From positions 1 through 64,000 of the IMG/VR virus record IMGVR_UViG_3300032163_000005: a stretch of DNA of 64,000 bases, one strand, 5' to 3'. A program made the position numbers and the translations under genes. Positions 1 through 8,863 of this stretch are shown one piece after another. The stretch is from a virus. Numbering within the stretch: position 1 is the stretch's first letter; each line of letters begins with the position of its first letter. Below the pieces are notes generated by a model. The model searched no databases, was not told the DNA's origin, and saw nothing but the letters and a program-made list of their open reading frames with translations.

Positions 1-693
1 GTAGATGCACATCGAGGCGACCATACTATCCTTACCCGTGTAGGAGTGAGCCACCACGAGCCGACTCGAGAGACGAGCGCCCTCAAGCTCCATGGGCTCA
101 TAGATTTGGCACTCCTCGCGTGGGTGCGTATCTCGGAGCTTGCCACACGCTTTGCAGACATCGCCATGCTTGACGCTGTAGCTGTGCGCCACGTGATAAC
201 CATGCCCCGCCATGAGTGCTGACATCGGCGTGACCGATTGGGATGCATGCTCGCGAATCGCAGAGTCGGTCACGAGGTGATTCACGAAGACCTTGTAGTG
301 ATCGCTCGCGATTCCAAGTGGCCAGCGCTCCCACCCTGGACGGACAATCGAGAAGGATTCGCCCGCACGAACCGGAGGATCGACCGTGCAGTCTGTCAGC
401 TCGTGGGACTCAGGCGCCCACATCAGCTTGGGATCCTGCCCGTTACGAAATCGGCGAACGACGGGCCAAGGTCGCTTCTCAGGCATCGTGGGCTTTGCCT
501 GGCGTTGAATCATCGCCACTGAAACTTTGAGACCGCGCGCCGTGAACGTGACCGAATCACCCGCGCTGAACGATCGGAGCTCATCCTCATCGAGATACGA
601 ACCGTATGTGCGCATGAATTCGCCATGCACCATCTCGCGCTCGGCCGCTTTGCCTTCTGAGATCCGAACCGCTTGCTCCATCACCGCGTCCAT
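1..693 (-). CDS. hypothetical early protein, runs off the window's left edge (not in ORF track)
   Basis: ATG at 693 preceded by AAGGAG and an early promoter; frame read open to position 1 (MDAVMEQAVRISEGK...CKACGK...). Confidence 0.6.
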   Translation of the reverse strand, partial: MDAVMEQAVRISEGKAAEREMVHGEFMRTYGSYLDEDELRSFSAGDSVTFTARGLKVSVAMIQRQAKPTMPEKRPWPVVRRFRNGQDPKLMWAPESHELTDCTVDPPVRAGESFSIVRPGWERWPLGIASDHYKVFVNHLVTDSAIREHASQSVTPMSALMAGHGYHVAHSYSVKHGDVCKACGKLRDTHPREECQIYEPMELEGARLSSRLVVAHSYTGKDSMVASMCIY

Positions 694-735
694 CTTGGTG
701 TCTCCTTCCGACACACAAATAGTAATGCATCCCTG

Positions 736-751
736 GTTTCTGTCAAGGTTT
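736..751 (-). promoter_or_regulatory. early sigma70-type promoter repeat, copy 1
   Basis: AAACCTTGACAGAAAC on the minus strand; TTGACA-16nt-TACTAT. Confidence 0.8.
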
Positions 752-985
752 CTTTTGGAGCACCCACCCCGAGCAATCCGAGCTTGGGTGCCCTTCAAAT
801 GCGATGAGGCCTTGTTTGCGAAGCTCTTGGAGCCGTCGCGAGACAAGTGCCATGCCTTGAACACCTCTGCCCGTGTAGAACGTGATGTCAGCGCCCGTGG
901 AAGGGGTGTGTCGCGCTCTCAAATACGTGAGGATCTTCGCATCGAGTTCTGCGAGCTGGTCTTTCTTGGCTTGGCTAACCGGCAT
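743..985 (-). CDS. small winged-helix DNA-binding protein
   Basis: 80 aa; ILTYLR...VSRRLQELRKQGLI wHTH pattern; its stop codon lies inside the next -35 box. Confidence 0.6.
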   Translation of the reverse strand: MPVSQAKKDQLAELDAKILTYLRARHTPSTGADITFYTGRGVQGMALVSRRLQELRKQGLIAFEGHPSSDCSGWVLQKKP

Positions 986-1038
986 CTCTCTTCACATTCT
1001 CCGATCATCTCCGATTGTGTTGAGTGAAAACGCGCCTT

Positions 1039-1818
1039 TCATGCTGCCTCTTTCATCGGTTCGGTGACGCGCTTCTCACGAAGGAGCCAACAATGGGTCT
1101 CAAAGAGCGCTTGGATGGCATTCGCGAGGACGTTGTCTCCACTTGCCGCCTTGCCGGCATCTGCATACTCAGCAGGTGTGGTGAGCTTCTCGTACCCGGT
1201 ACGCTCCTCGATGAGATCTCGTGCCATCTCGCGGATGGTGCCGATGTCTTCCTTCTCGAGCGTGTCCTTGTTCGACCACTTGATCTTGTTGTCCGAGAGC
1301 ATCGTGAAGAACGAGAAGCTGTCACGCGCTACGAGCGTGTAGACGGGCTTGAATGCTGGGGAGGCCACAGAGAGCCACGTGAGAGCCGGACGCTCTGTGG
1401 TGGTCGGCTTGGCGGGCTGTGAGCCTTCCGCGAAGAGTCGTTCAGCCATGGCGATTTGCTTTTCTGAAAGCGTGTAACCCTTGTGAATCTTCACGGCGAA
1501 TTCCGAGCCAATCTTGGCCGCAAACGTGGGACGTGGTGCCCACTCATAGATGGGAGAGGAGTACATGTTGGCTTTCGCCTCACACTCGCCGCATCCGATG
1601 TTCGCGCCGACAACACGGTAGTTCGACCAGATCGCCACTTCCTTGCCGTGCTTCGGCTCGCAGAAACCGCATTTGCGGCAACGCTCGTGCGTCGTGGTCT
1701 TGCCGCACGCGCAAGCTTCCGAGGGGAACTTGGCCATCGCTTCGAGCTTCACGAGGAGCTCTGCGTTCGCCGCCACCACCGCCGCAACCTTCATCTTCCA
1801 CGCTGGAACCCGTGCCAT
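1039..1818 (-). CDS. hypothetical protein with Cys-rich zinc-binding N-terminal part
   Basis: 259 aa ORF with CxC and CxxC motifs; AAGGAG RBS; downstream of promoter copy 2. Confidence 0.6.
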   Translation of the reverse strand: MARVPAWKMKVAAVVAANAELLVKLEAMAKFPSEACACGKTTTHERCRKCGFCEPKHGKEVAIWSNYRVVGANIGCGECEAKANMYSSPIYEWAPRPTFAAKIGSEFAVKIHKGYTLSEKQIAMAERLFAEGSQPAKPTTTERPALTWLSVASPAFKPVYTLVARDSFSFFTMLSDNKIKWSNKDTLEKEDIGTIREMARDLIEERTGYEKLTTPAEYADAGKAASGDNVLANAIQALFETHCWLLREKRVTEPMKEAA

Positions 1819-1880
1819 CGACTTGCCGACTCCTTCCGAGGGATCCTCTCCCCCGCACCACTAAAGTGTGCATTGGTGGA

Positions 1881-1896
1881 GTTTCTGTCAAGGTTT
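1881..1896 (-). promoter_or_regulatory. early promoter repeat, copy 2
   Basis: Identical 16-mer; TTGACA-17nt-CACTTT. Confidence 0.7.
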
Positions 1897-2037
1897 GATT
1901 CGTTCGGACTTGATTCGTTCGTGCACTTCTCGACCCCTGGCGGTCGGACGGAACGAGTTGTGTTCCCCGAAGTCGACAAGCTCGATGCACTTGAGTCGTT
2001 CAAGGACAGCGAACGCCCGTTTCCCAACGAGTGCCCA

Positions 2038-2577
2038 TCAGAACGACTCGCACGGACCGAGATCCGTATCGGGAATGTCGAGCTCGGGAGCCGGGGAGAA
2101 CGATGCCACGAGCGCATCAATCTCCCGCTGCTTCGCCGGACTGATGTAGTTCGCCGGTCCATGTGTGTTGTGATTCCGGAAGTCATGCTCTACGACTGCC
2201 TGAGAGCTCGCGACGTACGCATTGATGCGTTGATCAAAGTCGCTCTGCCAACGCTCATCACAAGCGCTGTAGCGGCCAGTGAGGAGCGTTGCGCCCTCTT
2301 CCGCAGGAAGGAAGATACCGTCTGGCTCGGGATGTCCCCAGCCCTCGAGAACGAGCAAGCTTGGCTTGTGGGTCTGAACGAGAACACGCTGTTTGCGAGC
2401 TCTCCTTGGCACGAAGATCGCCTCAACCGCCGCGGTGTATTGGGCGTGCGAGCGCACATTGATCTCAAGTCCCGTGACTTCGAGCTTCTTCACGCCAAGT
2501 CCAAACTCACTCTGAAAATACATCGTGCTCTTCGCCTTGCTCATCACGCACACATCCAACATCATCGAAACCTCCAT
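2038..2577 (-). CDS. hypothetical early protein
   Basis: Start reassigned to ATG 2577 after GGGAGAG, just downstream of promoter copy 3. Confidence 0.55.
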   Translation of the reverse strand: MEVSMMLDVCVMSKAKSTMYFQSEFGLGVKKLEVTGLEINVRSHAQYTAAVEAIFVPRRARKQRVLVQTHKPSLLVLEGWGHPEPDGIFLPAEEGATLLTGRYSACDERWQSDFDQRINAYVASSQAVVEHDFRNHNTHGPANYISPAKQREIDALVASFSPAPELDIPDTDLGPCESF

Positions 2578-2610
2578 CTCTCCCACGCATCTATTATGAC
2601 CATGGGAGAG

Positions 2611-2626
2611 GTTTCTGTCAAGGTTT
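2611..2626 (-). promoter_or_regulatory. early promoter repeat, copy 3
   Basis: Identical 16-mer; TTGACA-17nt-CATAAT. Confidence 0.85.
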
Positions 2627-2629
2627 CTT

Positions 2630-2950
2630 TCAGTCACCACACGCTTCCATGTAGGCGGGTAGACCGGCTTTGGTGAGCGATTCTGCAATCGCTTCGCCCC
2701 GTGCTATCGCGCGCCCATCCGCGTTGTCGTACCCGATGTAGAGCGCGTTCCCGAGTCCGTAGTGAGCCTTTCGCTGAAAGATCAGCCCGAGCTTCTTCGC
2801 CGCCGCTGCAACGGCATTGATCGTGGCCTTGTCGCCCGACACGCACACGTAGACGCGTCCACATCCCCCGAACGCACCCTGCTTTGGCGCAACCTGCAAC
2901 CCGAACGCCACCGTGACCGCTTCGACAACCGAGCTCTTTTCCATTTTCAT
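2630..2950 (-). CDS. hypothetical early protein
   Basis: ATG 2950 after GGTGAGGG; stop codon sits next to promoter copy 3. Confidence 0.6.
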   Translation of the reverse strand: MKMEKSSVVEAVTVAFGLQVAPKQGAFGGCGRVYVCVSGDKATINAVAAAAKKLGLIFQRKAHYGLGNALYIGYDNADGRAIARGEAIAESLTKAGLPAYMEACGD

Positions 2951-2980
2951 TCCCTCACCACTGAATATCGTCATTCCCTG

Positions 2981-2996
2981 GTTTCTGTCAAGGTTT
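2981..2996 (-). promoter_or_regulatory. early promoter repeat, copy 4
   Basis: Identical 16-mer; TTGACA-16nt-GATATT. Confidence 0.75.
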
Positions 2997-3128
2997 CTTT
3001 GGACTGAGCCTACGCATCAAGTCATCCTCAAAGCCGCTCGTGCCGCCATGGCACGCGATAGTTTGCAATTTCCTCATGAAGTCTATCGAGCTCTGCTTCC
3101 CGTTCTTCTGGTGTCGGACCTGGATGTT

Positions 3129-3551
3129 TCACGACGATGCCCCCTGAAGTGTTTTGGTGAGCCATGTCCAGATGGTCGGGTGGGCCTTGGGAGTCTCGCC
3201 ATCGAGTGTCCAGAGCTTCCACGATGCCCATTCCTTGGTGGGCGCAGTGCGGAGTGCGAGCTGTCCGGAATAGGGCTTCAGCGCGAGCTCGATGTCACCA
3301 ACACGTTGGCACGCGTAGAAGTAGCCCGACTCTTCTTCAAGAGCTTCGATGGCGGCCTTGTTGGAGACCCACCCTGGCGCGTAGTCGGGGCACTCCCACG
3401 GGTAGAACCCGAACCACGCTTGGAAGTTTTCAGCTGACTGGTCAGCCTTCTCCTGAGCCGCCTGAATGGCGCGATGATGAATCTCGACGGCCTTTGAAAG
3501 GACCATCATCTCAGCAACCAAGTCACGCGTCCGAACCGTCTCCATTGTCAT
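3129..3551 (-). CDS. hypothetical early protein
   Basis: ATG 3551 after GGGAGAG, downstream of promoter copy 5. Confidence 0.55.
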   Translation of the reverse strand: MTMETVRTRDLVAEMMVLSKAVEIHHRAIQAAQEKADQSAENFQAWFGFYPWECPDYAPGWVSNKAAIEALEEESGYFYACQRVGDIELALKPYSGQLALRTAPTKEWASWKLWTLDGETPKAHPTIWTWLTKTLQGASS

Positions 3552-3584
3552 CTCTCCCACGCATCTAATATGTGCTTGGGATGT

Positions 3585-3600
3585 GTTTCTGTCAAGGTTT
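3585..3600 (-). promoter_or_regulatory. early promoter repeat, copy 5
   Basis: Identical 16-mer; TTGACA-17nt-CATATT. Confidence 0.8.
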
Positions 3601-3603
3601 GAT

Positions 3604-3924
3604 TCACACCCAACGTTCATCAATCGCGGCGATGCGTTCCGATTCCTCGATGTGTGCAATGCTGACGCCGGTATAGCGAATCAGATCAGTTTCTGATCCG
3701 GTAGTTAGCCCAAACTTGACGGCAACACGTCGCGCGACATGACCATCCTTCACACCCATCAACTCGAGAAGCTTCTCCACACTATGGTCACACGTGGTCG
3801 CAAAATCCTCTTCACTGATGGCATTACTGCAAACCATGTGCTCAAGTCTGTACCCCGAAAGCTTGCGTGACTTGGTGAACTGAGGAACCTGGTACGAAAG
3901 GCGAATCGCGATCTTCATAATCAT
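3604..3924 (-). CDS. hypothetical early protein
   Basis: ATG 3924 after GGGAGAG; stop codon sits next to copy 5. Confidence 0.55.
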   Translation of the reverse strand: MIMKIAIRLSYQVPQFTKSRKLSGYRLEHMVCSNAISEEDFATTCDHSVEKLLELMGVKDGHVARRVAVKFGLTTGSETDLIRYTGVSIAHIEESERIAAIDERWV

Positions 3925-3957
3925 CTCTCCCACACCACTATAGTACGTATGGGAGAG

Positions 3958-3973
3958 GTTTCTGTCAAGGTTT
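3958..3973 (-). promoter_or_regulatory. early promoter repeat, copy 6
   Basis: Identical 16-mer; TTGACA-17nt-TACTAT. Confidence 0.85.
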
Positions 3974-3976
3974 GAT

Positions 3977-4285
3977 TCACCAATGAATCGTGTCAGCGCC
4001 AGCGCGTTCCATCGTCTCTAGGAACGCCTCAAATTGCATACAGTCTTCTCGGTTAGGGCTCGTGCGATGAACCGCATTCAACGCTGCTGTGAGCGAGCAC
4101 TGACGGTTGGCCCACTCGAGTCCACACGTCTCGATGAGCTTCTGTCCGTTTTTGTCCGAGAGCTTGAGAAACGCTGGGTGGTCGAAGGTGAGTCGCAAGT
4201 GGGTCACGCGGACCCCTGGAATGAGTCCAGCGCGCTCGTAGACGCCGCTTGGTGTGGTTGTCGAACCTCGGAACAAGAAGCTCAC
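3977..4285 (-). CDS. hypothetical early protein
   Basis: Probable GTG start overlapping the stop of the DUF3560 gene; stop codon sits next to copy 6. Confidence 0.5.
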   Translation of the reverse strand: MSFLFRGSTTTPSGVYERAGLIPGVRVTHLRLTFDHPAFLKLSDKNGQKLIETCGLEWANRQCSLTAALNAVHRTSPNREDCMQFEAFLETMERAGADTIHW

Positions 4286-5079
4286 GATGGCGCTCCTAGC
4301 TCGGTTGGAAGCGAGAGACGAAGGCCCACCCAACTTCCATTCGTCCAACGAAAGCCAGCTTGCCTGAGGGATGTGAGGATCTCTCGTGAGGGCTTCTCCG
4401 GAAACGTCACACGTACGTACTCCGGCGTCATGTTGCCGCTCGCAAGATTTTCGATGAGCACGCCCGTTGGAGTGGCTTGCGCGAGCTCCGCGCGAGCTTG
4501 CTTCGCCTTGATTCGGATGATGCGCTCTTTGTCCGTTCGGATGGCTGCGCGCTCGCCAGTAGCATCACACGGGCCTTTGCGCGTCAGCCATGAGAACTGC
4601 AGCGCGGTCTTCGCGAGCGTCTCTGCGAGCGCCTGTGAAGCTCCCGTGGCCATGAGCGCCGCGATAGCTCCCTCAGCGCCGCCCTTCTTGAAGCCCTTGC
4701 GCCATGCGGCATTCAGCGCGTTGTTGTAGGTCGCGCTCTTCTCGCGATCTGCGATGCGTGCTTCGAGTCGTTCAATCGCATCTGGATCGTCGTCGAAGAT
4801 GGTTCGCTCGAGTTGGCTCGCGAGACCTTGGCCCTTGGACTCGTGGTGCTCGGCAAGCTTATGCTCCTCCATGCCCTTGCCCATGTTGGTCCAAATCTTG
4901 TCGGCATCTCGCCTTGCACGTCGTTCTGAGTGATGACCAACAAGGATTGGCTGCCCGAAGGGGATTCGGCTCGAGATGGCATCCGCAGCATTGAATCGTG
5001 CGTCACTACGCGCGTGAGCTTTGCCCGCCCATTCCTGCCTCTTCTCCACCTTCGATTCGAGTCGTTCGCGGCGTGTCAT
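4282..5079 (-). CDS. DUF3560-domain protein
   Basis: IPFGQPILVGHHSERRARR and DDPDAIERLEARIA motifs typical of DUF3560 in phage/plasmid early regions. Confidence 0.85.
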   Translation of the reverse strand: MTRRERLESKVEKRQEWAGKAHARSDARFNAADAISSRIPFGQPILVGHHSERRARRDADKIWTNMGKGMEEHKLAEHHESKGQGLASQLERTIFDDDPDAIERLEARIADREKSATYNNALNAAWRKGFKKGGAEGAIAALMATGASQALAETLAKTALQFSWLTRKGPCDATGERAAIRTDKERIIRIKAKQARAELAQATPTGVLIENLASGNMTPEYVRVTFPEKPSREILTSLRQAGFRWTNGSWVGLRLSLPTELGAPS

Positions 5080-5390
5080 TCGTCACCTCCGCACTCATCA
5101 CATGTGTACGGGGGGCGTGGTGGATGAGGATTATCAGCACCCCAACCCTCACAGTAACGAGCACCGCGACGTCGAGCACGGCGAGTGGGCTGCCCTGTGG
5201 ACGCCGATCCCGCAGCCTTTCCCACGTCGGCCAGCTGGACACCATCTGGACCTGTCCAGAGGACCTTCCCGACAATGACCGTTTGGGAGCTCCCATCACA
5301 CTTGGTGACCGTGACAGAGCTACCCTCCTGAAGTCCCGTGCCCCGAAGGCCCCACGCGCCACTCCGAAGCTTCGTCCACGTCGTTGCCAT
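5076..5390 (-). CDS. small beta-rich hypothetical phage protein with C-terminal Cys motifs
   Basis: WTKLRSGAWG...VTVTKxDG pattern; strong RBS; follows promoter copy 7. Confidence 0.55.
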   Translation of the reverse strand: MATTWTKLRSGAWGLRGTGLQEGSSVTVTKCDGSSQTVIVGKVLWTGPDGVQLADVGKAAGSASTGQPTRRARRRGARYCEGWGADNPHPPRPPYTCDECGGDE

Positions 5391-5434
5391 CTTCTACCTT
5401 CCTTCCCTCACCACTGAATATGAGGTCTAGAAGG

Positions 5435-5450
5435 GTTTCTGTCAAGGTTT
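5435..5450 (-). promoter_or_regulatory. early promoter repeat, copy 7
   Basis: Identical 16-mer; TTGACA-17nt-CATATT. Confidence 0.8.
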
Positions 5451-5454
5451 CTTT

Positions 5455-5640
5455 TCAGCCGAGATGATCATCTCGTTTCTCGAGTGGCACGCTCTCATCG
5501 AGCTCGTGCAAATTCTCCTCATCCGGATCCTCGTTCTTCATACCCTCGAGAAATTCGTTTCCCACCTTGTGAAGGATCGCATTCACCTTGGGGTCCTTGC
5601 TGAACGTCAGATCCTTGGGGTCCTTCTTCGTTGCCGCCAT
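5455..5640 (-). CDS. small acidic protein downstream of the zeta-like kinase
   Basis: AGGAGG RBS then ATG 5640; 61 aa with a D/E-rich C-terminus. Confidence 0.55.
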   Translation of the reverse strand: MAATKKDPKDLTFSKDPKVNAILHKVGNEFLEGMKNEDPDEENLHELDESVPLEKRDDHLG

Positions 5641-5687
5641 TGGTCTACCTCCTACATTCAAAGTGTAATGGTTTTTTTCGATCCGCG

Positions 5688-6674
5688 CTAGCTCTTCTTG
5701 CGGCCTTCTTTGAGAAGTCTGAGCTGTTCGGCTTGGTCTTTGGGCGCTTTTGATGGTGTTTCACCCCAGTGCGCCGCCTTGAATTGGGCAACGAAGTGCG
5801 GATCGTGTGCATGCTCACCATCTTCATCCTTGGACCACACCTGCTTCGATTCCTTGCCGCGATTGTCCATGAAATGGAACGAGTCAGCGGCTTTGGAGAT
5901 GGCCTCAAAATTCTTAGGGACCGAGTGATACGCCTCTTTGATGACCTCTTCGGGAACATGCCGACCCTCGCTGCCTGAGCGAACCCGAGCACGTTCGAGT
6001 CCCTGTCCAACATCGAGATGACTGCCAATGACATGTACGTGGTAGCCATTCTCTTTGAGCTCTTTGAGCTTCTTCAGAAATGAGGCCTGATTTGCGCCCG
6101 TGCCATCGATGAGAACGTGGTGGCCTTCTTCAATGGCCTTCTTCGTGATCTGTTTTGCAAGAGCGCTCGACTCTTCGTGAGCCATTGCCGCCGCACCCTT
6201 GTAGGTGTTGTTTCGATCCTGAGTTGCCTTCTTGTATTCAGGAAGCTTTCCCTTGATGGAGTCAGGATCGACAACGACAAACTTGCTCGTGTCGATGCCG
6301 TTCAGACCGCTCGACTTGCCCGACGCGGGAGCTCCCATCGTCATGATGGCGATTTTCTGTTCGCCTTTTGCAACGGGCGTCTTGCCCTGGAATGCCTTCG
6401 TGATGATGGGATCGTGAACGAGAGCTTTACGAGCTTCGGTCGGCTTACCTCCTTCGTCAGGATGCTTGTCGTAGTGCTCGTGCCATGTCTCTTTCGGCAG
6501 ATCGTTTGCCGCATGATCGTTGTGCCACACACGTGGTGGGAGCTTCGCTTTAGGCGCTCTTTCTGGCTTCTTTTCCACCGCTATTTTGGGAAGAGGACTT
6601 TTGACTTCTGCAGGTGTCTTGGTTGCTTGTCCCGCGCGTGCAGAAGCCCATGTCTTCAATGCTGATGTGGCCAT
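5688..6674 (-). CDS. zeta toxin/PezT-like P-loop kinase with low-complexity N-terminal extension
   Basis: Walker A GAPASGKS, VDPDSIK, LIDGT, RARVR..EGRHVPEEVI. Confidence 0.8.
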   Translation of the reverse strand: MATSALKTWASARAGQATKTPAEVKSPLPKIAVEKKPERAPKAKLPPRVWHNDHAANDLPKETWHEHYDKHPDEGGKPTEARKALVHDPIITKAFQGKTPVAKGEQKIAIMTMGAPASGKSSGLNGIDTSKFVVVDPDSIKGKLPEYKKATQDRNNTYKGAAAMAHEESSALAKQITKKAIEEGHHVLIDGTGANQASFLKKLKELKENGYHVHVIGSHLDVGQGLERARVRSGSEGRHVPEEVIKEAYHSVPKNFEAISKAADSFHFMDNRGKESKQVWSKDEDGEHAHDPHFVAQFKAAHWGETPSKAPKDQAEQLRLLKEGRKKS

Positions 6675-6683
6675 CCACGCACT

Positions 6684-8642
6684 CTATCCGATCACCCTGA
6701 GCTCACTCCACTTTCCCTGCCTGGAAACTTCAATCCTTGCCGGTAGAGAGTCGAGGACGCTCGCGTGATGTGCCGTGATAAAAGCCTGTTCCGCTCCCCA
6801 ACTTCTCAACATGCTGGGGAGTCCTGAAGACAGCGCTCTTCGGTGGGAAGCATCGAGTTGTCCCCATGCCTCATCGATGAGGATCGTTCCCCACTGCGAT
6901 CCGCGCTTGTCCCTGAGCCACGCACCCGCGCCCATGGCCACTGTGACGCCTGCAAGATCTTCGAGCGCGGCCGACCTATCCGAGAGCTCCAAGTCAAGTC
7001 GGTGAACGAGCTTGGGTCCGCGTGCAGCATTGCAACGGCCGCATGCCCGAACCTTGGTGGAGCTCGGGAATGGATGGCCGCACGCTTCACACGCTGTCGC
7101 GAGTCCCTGCCCTTCGCGAGCCCATTGCACTTTGACCTGCAGATTGATGTTGCTGACATCAAGAGCTTCATTGGCTCGTGCTTCTATTTGCGCAAGAGCA
7201 GACTCAGCGACTCTTCGTTGTGCACCATTACGACCAAAGATGAGCGTTGCTTGTGATGCGGTCTGTTCGGCGAGCGTGAGTTTTTTGATCTCCGCGTTCT
7301 GCACCTCGATGAGCTTGGTTGCATCCGCGTATGACTGCACTGCCCACGTGAAGTGCGTGACCTTCGATACACCCTCATCGACCACCTTTCTTTGATCGGC
7401 TTCTTGAGCTTTGGGCTCTTCAAGCGAAGAAGACAGATCGACTTGCCGGCGTCGCTCCATATCCGGTTGGAGCTTGAGCGCCCGAGCTCGCATTTCTTTG
7501 AGGCGAGCTTGCTTCTCTTGATAGTCGAGGAATGCATTTCGATGCTTGGTGAGATCGCCCGCTGTGGTCGCAAACTTGAGATTCATTTCGAGGTTGAGAG
7601 CGATGGCTGCTTCGTGAGTTTTCTTCGCAGCCCCACGTCGCTGATTGATTTGCTCCTTGATGGGGCATTGAAGCTCGGCAACCGGACACGTTCCGTCGAA
7701 CGTTCCCCGCGCTGGTCCTTCCACTTGCTTCAGTCTGAGATTGGTCTGTGCGCGTTGCTCGAGAATGTCTCGATGACATTCCGTCGCTGACTCGAACGCG
7801 AGCTTGAGGACACCACCGTCCATCTTATCGAGCTCGGTTTTGAGCTTCGTTCCTTCTTCGATCAACGATTCATACTGCTCGACGCTGGCGCGGAACGTCG
7901 CGTCAGCTTCCACGCGAAACCGCTTGGTGGAGATCTCTTCGAGCTTTTGCTTTTGGATCGTGAGTGATTGCTCTGCGTCCTTTCGCGCGCTGAGAAGCTC
8001 CTCGGCATTCTTGAACGGGCCAAGTGCGTGTGTCTGCTTCTCCTGCCATCCTTGGCGTACTCGCTCCGCCGTCTCGATTTGCGTCACCACTGTGCTCAGG
8101 AGGTCTCTGGCGCGCTCTTCCGCACGCTCGAGTGGTCCGAGCCCCACCCAAGTAGAAACGCTGTTCATGCGGTCCTCAGGCCTGCTGAGGATGAATCTCG
8201 CGACCTGCCTCTGTTCGAGGTGTCTCGTGGCGTAGAAGTCAGTCTCGTTGATCCCAATGAGCTCGATGAGACGGAGCTCGGCTTGGTCTCTCGTCATCTC
8301 TGTTTCAGTCGTTCCGCGATGCTCAATCAATTGAAGCCGAGTGGACTTGCCGCGAATGCGCGTACGGATGATGCAAGTCCCATCATCGAGCTCAAGCCCG
8401 ACACCCCCATGATCTTCGCCGTTGGAGATCCATGCGTCTTCAGTGCGATGTCGGTGCTTGCCCCAAAGCGCAAACCCGATGCCCTCGAGAAACGCTGTCT
8501 TGCCGCTCGCGTTCGATTTCTCCCGATCGCCATCGCGCTGTGCACTAACCGCGTACGCAAGCGACTCGAGTTGGAGCTCTTGGTGCCCGCGAAAGCACAG
8601 GAAGTTTTCAAACCAGATCTTCGCGACTCTCACAACCTCCAC
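6684..8642 (-). CDS. SbcC/Rad50-like SMC-family ATPase
   Basis: ENFLCF, NASGKT, long coiled coil with central Cys motif, Walker B ILIDE..LD, H-loop. Confidence 0.88.
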   Translation of the reverse strand: MEVVRVAKIWFENFLCFRGHQELQLESLAYAVSAQRDGDREKSNASGKTAFLEGIGFALWGKHRHRTEDAWISNGEDHGGVGLELDDGTCIIRTRIRGKSTRLQLIEHRGTTETEMTRDQAELRLIELIGINETDFYATRHLEQRQVARFILSRPEDRMNSVSTWVGLGPLERAEERARDLLSTVVTQIETAERVRQGWQEKQTHALGPFKNAEELLSARKDAEQSLTIQKQKLEEISTKRFRVEADATFRASVEQYESLIEEGTKLKTELDKMDGGVLKLAFESATECHRDILEQRAQTNLRLKQVEGPARGTFDGTCPVAELQCPIKEQINQRRGAAKKTHEAAIALNLEMNLKFATTAGDLTKHRNAFLDYQEKQARLKEMRARALKLQPDMERRRQVDLSSSLEEPKAQEADQRKVVDEGVSKVTHFTWAVQSYADATKLIEVQNAEIKKLTLAEQTASQATLIFGRNGAQRRVAESALAQIEARANEALDVSNINLQVKVQWAREGQGLATACEACGHPFPSSTKVRACGRCNAARGPKLVHRLDLELSDRSAALEDLAGVTVAMGAGAWLRDKRGSQWGTILIDEAWGQLDASHRRALSSGLPSMLRSWGAEQAFITAHHASVLDSLPARIEVSRQGKWSELRVIG

Positions 8643-8845
8643 CCTCCACGCCAGTCGTAGCGCCGCATGAAATGGAAGAGGTTCTCGTAAAAGTCATCCA
8701 TCCCAGAGAATGTCTCTCCGTTCTGTTCACCTTCGCGTTCCTCAACCACGGTCCACTTGTCACCGTGACGAGTCATCGTGATCTTGGTGAGTCGATTTGT
8801 GTCGAGAGCTGGCATTGTAGGAGGCGTAACGAGTCGTCGAGCCAT
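8630..8845 (-). CDS. small hypothetical protein (MARRLV N-terminus)
   Basis: 71 aa ORF overlapping the SbcC start. Confidence 0.5.
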   Translation of the reverse strand: MARRLVTPPTMPALDTNRLTKITMTRHGDKWTVVEEREGEQNGETFSGMDDFYENLFHFMRRYDWRGGWRL

Positions 8846-8863
8846 ACCCGCATACTTGCCGCT

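Noticed and set aside
98-334. ORF beginning MGALATW as a further KxWA-like tagged protein
   Set aside because: It lies in an alternative frame of the longer 693-to-edge ORF, has no RBS and matches the motif poorly.
1483-2676. Long plus-strand ORFs here and elsewhere (e.g. 18568-19509, 53166-54014, 46596-47348)
   Set aside because: They are antisense shadows of well-supported minus-strand genes in GC-rich DNA, with no motifs or RBS.
736-5450. Repeats resembling a CRISPR array or integron attC sites
   Set aside because: The repeats are 16 bp, non-palindromic, hundreds of bp apart, separated by whole genes and contain a canonical -35. No cas or integrase gene is in the window.
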